Notes under the pieces: model-generated
What the model was told of the DNA's origin: nothing
Database searches by the model: none
Seen by the model: only the letters and a program-made list of their open reading frames with translations
In this document: in pieces, positions 59,522 to 64,000 of the stretch
How the letters are laid out: every line of letters begins with the position of its first letter
Numbering within the stretch: position 1 is the first letter of the stretch
Program-made: the position numbers and the translations under genes
DNA from: Candidatus Magasanikiibacteriota bacterium
GTDB taxonomy: Bacteria > Patescibacteriota > Patescibacteriia > Magasanikbacterales > UBA922
DNA length: 64,000 nt
Assembly: GCA_002716765.1 (NCBI GenBank)
Contig: PBBY01000016.1
Span: 47,322-111,321, forward strand
Direction: 5' to 3'

Positions 59522-62095
59522 ATGCCACTTTTTTTGTTGCAATTTTTTGCTCCACAAGCACAACAACCACGAATTACGACACAACTGGGTGATGTGTTTG
59601 ATTTTTTTTGGATAGGAATATTTATTGCCACACTACTCGCTATTATATCTATAGCCTATATTTTAAGAAAAGTATTACATGCAAAATCAAAATCAGTTAA
59701 CGCATTCGACAGAAAGGTAGTCCAGATCTCCGTACCAAAAGAAAGAAAATCAGAAGGGCAAGGTGGTCAGGCTGGCCAAGAAGACAGACTCGAACAAATA
59801 AAGGAAGAAATTGGTATTACCGAAACCTTTTTTTCTACGATTGCAGGGTTACGTGCAAAAAAAGGCATAAAAAGATGGTTTTTTGGCAGAGAGGATCTAT
59901 TTTCTTTTGAAATGGTTATGCGAGATAGTTTGATTTATTTTTATATTGATGCAAGAAAAGAGCATATAGCACTTATAGAGCAACAAATTCACGCACAATT
60001 TCCATACGCACAAATTGATGAAATGGTGGATTATAATATTTTCAATGAAAAGAGTACTATTGTTGGCGCCCATGTCTATGGCGCAAAAAAGCATGTGTTC
60101 CCACTAAAGACATACAAAACAATGGACTCAGATCCACTTTCTGGATTACTCAATGTGTTGGCAAAGATCCGAGAACAAAATAGCTCTGCCGCGATTCAAT
60201 ATGTGGTGCGTAGCGCAAAGAAAAAATGGCGTCGTGAAGCAATTCGTATTGTTCGAGAAGTGAAAAAAGGGCAAAAGTTTGAACAAGTTGCCATTGAATC
60301 AGGGTTTTCACGTAGCATACGAAAAACAACCGAATTTGTTGGAAGCATGTTTTCTAAAAAAACAGAGCAAGAAAGTCATTATCAACTTTCTGCAATGGAA
60401 GAAGAGATGCTTAAAGGAATCGAAGAAAAAATAAGTAAAGGTGGATTAGACGTTACCATCCGATTATTAAGTATTTCAGATAATGAAGCAATAGCAAAAT
60501 CAAACCTTGATAACCTTATAAATGCCTACAGTCAATACAATTTATACCGTTTTGGTAATGTATTTAAAGCTGCGATCCCAAGAAATCAAAAACAGCTTAT
60601 CCGTGACTTCATATTTCGCTCTTTTCACGAAACAAAACACATTGTCTGTAATACCGAAGAAATGTCATCACTATGGCATTTACCAATCCATTCTACAGAA
60701 GCACCAAATATTGCATGGCTAAAAGGAAGAAGTGCTCCACCACCAACAAATTTACCAAAAGAAGGATTATCGCTTGGCTTTGTTGACTATCGCGGTATTC
60801 GTAATGAAATTAAATTAAAACAAAAAGATAGGCAAAGACATCTATATATCATAGGAAAATCAGGAAGTGGAAAATCGGTTACCATTGCAAATCTTGCTAT
60901 TCAAGATGTGCAAAATGGACATGGTGTGTGCATTGTTGACCCACATGGAGATTTGGTTGAAGCAGTTTTAGAACATGTACCAAAACACCGCGCTGATGAT
61001 GTAATTATTTTTGACCCATCCGACACCGAAAGACCAATTGGACTAAACATGCTTGAAGCAAAAACAAAAGATGAAATGGATTTTGCGGTACAAGAAATGA
61101 TTGGTATTTTTTATAAACTTTTTCCACCAGAAATGATTGGGCCAATGTTTGAACACACCATGAGAAATGTTATGCTTACGTTAATGGCAAACCATGAAAA
61201 CCCTGGAACTGTTATAGACATACCAAGAATGTTAGTTGATGATGACTATGTAAAACGGTACCTAGATAAAGTAACCGATCCAGTGGTAAGAACATATTGG
61301 GAAAAAGAAATGGCGCAAACCACACAACACACCAAATCAGAGATGCTTGGTTATCTTATTTCAAAAATTGGACGGTTTGTTGGAAATGAAATGATGAGAA
61401 ATATCATGGGACAACAAAAGTCTGGGTTCAACTTTAGAGACATAATGGATAATCAAAAAATATTATTAGTTAATTTAGCAAAAGGAAAAACTGGAGAAGT
61501 AAATTCCAAACTTCTTGGTTTAATTGTTGTAGCAAAACTCCAAATGGCCGCAATGGGAAGAGCCGACATGGCTGAAGACCAGCGAAAGGATTTCTTTCTG
61601 TATATTGATGAGTTTCAAAACTTTATTACTGATTCTATTGCCACCATACTTTCAGAAGCCCGTAAATATAGATTAGATCTTATTGTTGCCCACCAATACA
61701 TGGGGCAGTTAGTAGACGACAAAGGAAAGCCAGAAATTCGAGAAGCTGTTCTTGGAAATGTAGGAAGTATGATGGTTGGTCGTATTGGCCCAGAAGATTC
61801 AGAAATACTTGCAAAAGAATATGCTCCGGTTTTTGGTTCCTATGATTTACTTAATGCACCACAGTTTTCATTCTACACAAAAGTACTCATAGACAATCAG
61901 GCAAGCAAGCCGTTCTTAATGGGCGCCTACCCCCCAGTTGAAGGAAACAGAGAACTTGGTAACACAATCAAGCAGTTGTCACGCCTAAAGTTTGGTCGAG
62001 ACAAAAGAATCGTTGAAGAAGAAATTCTAGAAAGAACCAAACTAGATAACCCTGGTGCACAAAGTAGCTCAGATTTAGCAGATATGACCTTGTAA
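59522..62095 (+). CDS. Membrane-anchored P-loop ATPase of the TraD/VirD4/HerA-FtsK superfamily (type IV coupling-protein-like) with an unknown ~400-aa N-terminal domain
   Basis: One N-terminal TM (FFWIGIFIATLLAIISIAYIL). Walker A IIGKSGSGKS, then VDPHGD (DPKGE/DPHGEY-like), Walker B FFLYIDEFQNF and IVAHQYMGQL (Q-x2-QL motif of TraG/VirD4). Confidence 0.6.
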   Translation: MPLFLLQFFAPQAQQPRITTQLGDVFDFFWIGIFIATLLAIISIAYILRKVLHAKSKSVNAFDRKVVQISVPKERKSEGQGGQAGQEDRLEQIKEEIGITETFFSTIAGLRAKKGIKRWFFGREDLFSFEMVMRDSLIYFYIDARKEHIALIEQQIHAQFPYAQIDEMVDYNIFNEKSTIVGAHVYGAKKHVFPLKTYKTMDSDPLSGLLNVLAKIREQNSSAAIQYVVRSAKKKWRREAIRIVREVKKGQKFEQVAIESGFSRSIRKTTEFVGSMFSKKTEQESHYQLSAMEEEMLKGIEEKISKGGLDVTIRLLSISDNEAIAKSNLDNLINAYSQYNLYRFGNVFKAAIPRNQKQLIRDFIFRSFHETKHIVCNTEEMSSLWHLPIHSTEAPNIAWLKGRSAPPPTNLPKEGLSLGFVDYRGIRNEIKLKQKDRQRHLYIIGKSGSGKSVTIANLAIQDVQNGHGVCIVDPHGDLVEAVLEHVPKHRADDVIIFDPSDTERPIGLNMLEAKTKDEMDFAVQEMIGIFYKLFPPEMIGPMFEHTMRNVMLTLMANHENPGTVIDIPRMLVDDDYVKRYLDKVTDPVVRTYWEKEMAQTTQHTKSEMLGYLISKIGRFVGNEMMRNIMGQQKSGFNFRDIMDNQKILLVNLAKGKTGEVNSKLLGLIVVAKLQMAAMGRADMAEDQRKDFFLYIDEFQNFITDSIATILSEARKYRLDLIVAHQYMGQLVDDKGKPEIREAVLGNVGSMMVGRIGPEDSEILAKEYAPVFGSYDLLNAPQFSFYTKVLIDNQASKPFLMGAYPPVEGNRELGNTIKQLSRLKFGRDKRIVEEEILERTKLDNPGAQSSSDLADMTL

Positions 62096-62146
62096 TAAAT
62101 AACCTAAACGTCTAACAAGTTCATATTCACGAAAGACTAGTACTAT

Positions 62147-62182
62147 AAAAAAACACCCGCCTCAAGCGGATGTTTTTGTTTG
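62147..62182. terminator. Bidirectional terminator between the ATPase gene and the SWIB gene (aaaaaaacacccgcctcaagcggatgtttttg)
   Basis: GC stem ccgc/gcgg with a flanking A-run and T-run, between convergent genes. Confidence 0.55.
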
Positions 62183-62183
62183 A

Positions 62184-62450
62184 CTATGCGTCTGGATTTG
62201 TAAGATGTCCTGAAACAAGTTTTGTCATTTCGAACATATTTACTTCGTCTTTTCCAAATATTGGTCGAAGGTTGTCATCTGCAAATATGTTTCTTTTGTT
62301 TTCTGGGTTTTGCAAGTTATTTTTCTTGATATACTCCCACATTTTTTTTACAACTTCTGTTCTTGGTAGCGGTCCTTTTCCTACCACTGCTTCTAGTTCA
62401 GCAGAAAGGTTTAATGGTCTTGCCAAAGCGGGATTGAGTTTTCTTGCCAT
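62184..62450 (-). CDS. SWIB/MDM2-domain protein
   Basis: 88 aa. LSAELEAVVG…RTEVVKKMWEYIKKNNLQNPENKRNIFADDNLRPIFGKDEVNMFEMTKLVSGHL matches the SWIB domain consensus. Confidence 0.7.
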   Translation of the reverse strand: MARKLNPALARPLNLSAELEAVVGKGPLPRTEVVKKMWEYIKKNNLQNPENKRNIFADDNLRPIFGKDEVNMFEMTKLVSGHLTNPDA

Positions 62451-62610
62451 ACATTTTTATATTTAAAAATAAAATGAATTAATAGTAATTTTATATCCAA
62501 GAGTATAGCATATTACCATATATTGCGCAAGTCGGTGTGCATACACACTCATTTACCTAAATACAAATATACTATATACTACGGATAAATTAACATATCT
62601 ATCAATCCGT

Positions 62611-64000
62611 ATGGCATTATACCACAAGCACAGACCACAGTCATTTTCTTCTATTATCGGACAAGACCATATTATTCAAACGATTACAAACCAGATTATT
62701 ACGCAGGCTACAGCCCATGCCTATCTTTTCTCTGGTCCAAGAGGTGTAGGAAAAACAACCACTGCCAGATTACTCGCAAAAGCCATAAATTGTCCTAGAA
62801 TTGCACCCGACAGTGCAGAGCCGGACAACGAATCCCCAGAGGCAAAAGAAATCACACAAGGTCGCTCAATAGATGTGATAGAAATAGATGCCGCGAGTCA
62901 CACTGGCGTAGACAATGTTCGAGAAAATATTATTGAAAATGCACAATTTAAACCAACAACACTAGCATATAAAGTCTTTATTATAGACGAAGTACACATG
63001 CTTTCTACAAGTGCGTTTAATGCACTACTTAAAACACTCGAAGAACCACCAAGTCATATTGTGTTTATTCTTGCCACAACAGAATTACACAAAATTCCAG
63101 ATACGATTATTTCTCGTTGTCAGCGATTTTCTTTTTCTCATATATCGCAAGATGCTATGAAAAAATATCTTAAATCTGTTGCAAAAGAAGAAGGTATTAC
63201 CATTGATGAAACCGTATTAGGTCATATTATTGCAAAAAGTGATGGCTGTGTAAGAGATGCAATAAATACCCTTGAGCAGGCCATGGCTACCGGCGAAAAA
63301 CATATTACCGCTGAATCCACATCTTTTCTGTTACCAGAATCCACATCATCCCAATCAGCGGAATTTATTTCTGCAATCAGTGAAAACAGCATACAAAACG
63401 CACTTACCATATTACAAAACATATATTCTTCTGGAATAAACCTTACACACTTTACTGATGAAGTTATTAGACAATTACGCAACGTCCTTATTTCTCATTT
63501 AGGAAAAACAGGGAATACAGGAGCCATCACACAAAATAACAACCAGGATTTTACCACACTCTTGCAAAAAAATAGCATGGAAATTATTGGCATAATAGAT
63601 ATACTTATAAAAAGAAAAAACCAAATAAAAGCAAGTCCCCTGCCACAACTCCCACTGGAAATTGCCGTATTTGAGATATGTGCAAACAACACACAAGCTA
63701 CCAAAGAAAGTGCTTCTTTCACCCCAACCCAAACTAAAAAAGAAGCTAAAAGAAAAGAAACCCTAAAACCTGTCCAAGAAAGTACTGTGGATGAGCACGA
63801 GAAATCAGAAGAAATACACCATGAACATACTACTAAATCTACTAACACTGAAATAATATCCCATGATGAGGTGTTAAAAAAATGGCAATCTGTAATTGAG
63901 AGTCTCACATCACTCTCCCCTTCACTTGTTTCCTTATTACGAACTGCCGAGCTTATTAAGACCGAACAAAATGTTATTACAATTTCTGTTGAATTCCCAT
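62611..64000 (+). CDS. dnaX: DNA polymerase III subunit gamma/tau (5' part; runs off the window)
   Basis: MALYHKHRPQSFSSIIGQDHI…AHAYLFSGPRGVGKTTTARLLAKAINC, IDAASHTGVDNVR, FIIDEVHML and SRCQRFSF clamp-loader motifs. This + strand ORF is not in the supplied track because no stop falls inside the window. Confidence 0.9.
   Translation, partial: MALYHKHRPQSFSSIIGQDHIIQTITNQIITQATAHAYLFSGPRGVGKTTTARLLAKAINCPRIAPDSAEPDNESPEAKEITQGRSIDVIEIDAASHTGVDNVRENIIENAQFKPTTLAYKVFIIDEVHMLSTSAFNALLKTLEEPPSHIVFILATTELHKIPDTIISRCQRFSFSHISQDAMKKYLKSVAKEEGITIDETVLGHIIAKSDGCVRDAINTLEQAMATGEKHITAESTSFLLPESTSSQSAEFISAISENSIQNALTILQNIYSSGINLTHFTDEVIRQLRNVLISHLGKTGNTGAITQNNNQDFTTLLQKNSMEIIGIIDILIKRKNQIKASPLPQLPLEIAVFEICANNTQATKESASFTPTQTKKEAKRKETLKPVQESTVDEHEKSEEIHHEHTTKSTNTEIISHDEVLKKWQSVIESLTSLSPSLVSLLRTAELIKTEQNVITISVEFP

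Noticed and set aside
63222-63908. Minus-strand ORFs 63222-63482 and 63495-63908
   Set aside because: They are antisense to the clearly coding dnaX, which runs on the + strand from 62611.

Overview
This window is a gene-dense, AT-rich bacterial chromosomal segment, roughly 35-40% GC by eye. It is almost entirely core housekeeping and reads like a small-genome, possibly Patescibacteria/CPR-like, organism with a peptidoglycan wall. The taxon call is an inference only. Recognisable genes include pyrG, rplI, era, cysS, a DnaQ-like exonuclease, a ribH-ribE-riboflavin-kinase cluster, ctpA (S41), murA, leuS, gdhA, trxA, infB, two NUDIX hydrolases, ppa, a frameshifted truB, uvrA, uvrB, a beta-CASP RNase, corA, murJ, lepA, recJ, rnhA, an MTA/purine nucleoside phosphorylase, a DsbA-like protein, an M23 peptidase, mscS, a cation/H+ antiporter, tatD, cvpA, metG and a dnaX 5' fragment. 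A complete F1Fo ATP synthase operon (atpI-like, B, E, F, H, A, G, D, C) is present, with a cyclophilin gene inserted between atpD and atpC. No rRNA, tRNA or CRISPR was detected. Loci that are not ordinary are listed here. (1) At 22.3-23.5 kb there is a tandemly duplicated cassette of promoter, multi-pass membrane protein gene and a stem-loop with a conserved 40-nt loop and covarying stem, and the second copy is markedly GC-richer. (2) From 38.9 to 42.9 kb there is a compositionally odd block: a GC-rich hypothetical gene plus mtnP, then about 2 kb of low-coding AT-rich DNA carrying recurring TTGACAAA -35 boxes, one perfect sigma70 consensus promoter, small hydrophobic ORFs, a GC-rich possibly structured segment, and a 30-bp exact copy of the 5' end of the glycosyltransferase gene at 1.4 kb. 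(3) At 58.9-62.5 kb a membrane-anchored TraD/VirD4/HerA-FtsK-superfamily ATPase with an uncharacterised 400-aa N-terminal domain is translationally coupled to a disordered P/K/E-rich protein, and a SWIB/MDM2-domain protein lies beside them. All calls are from reading the translated ORFs and raw sequence. No database searches were run.
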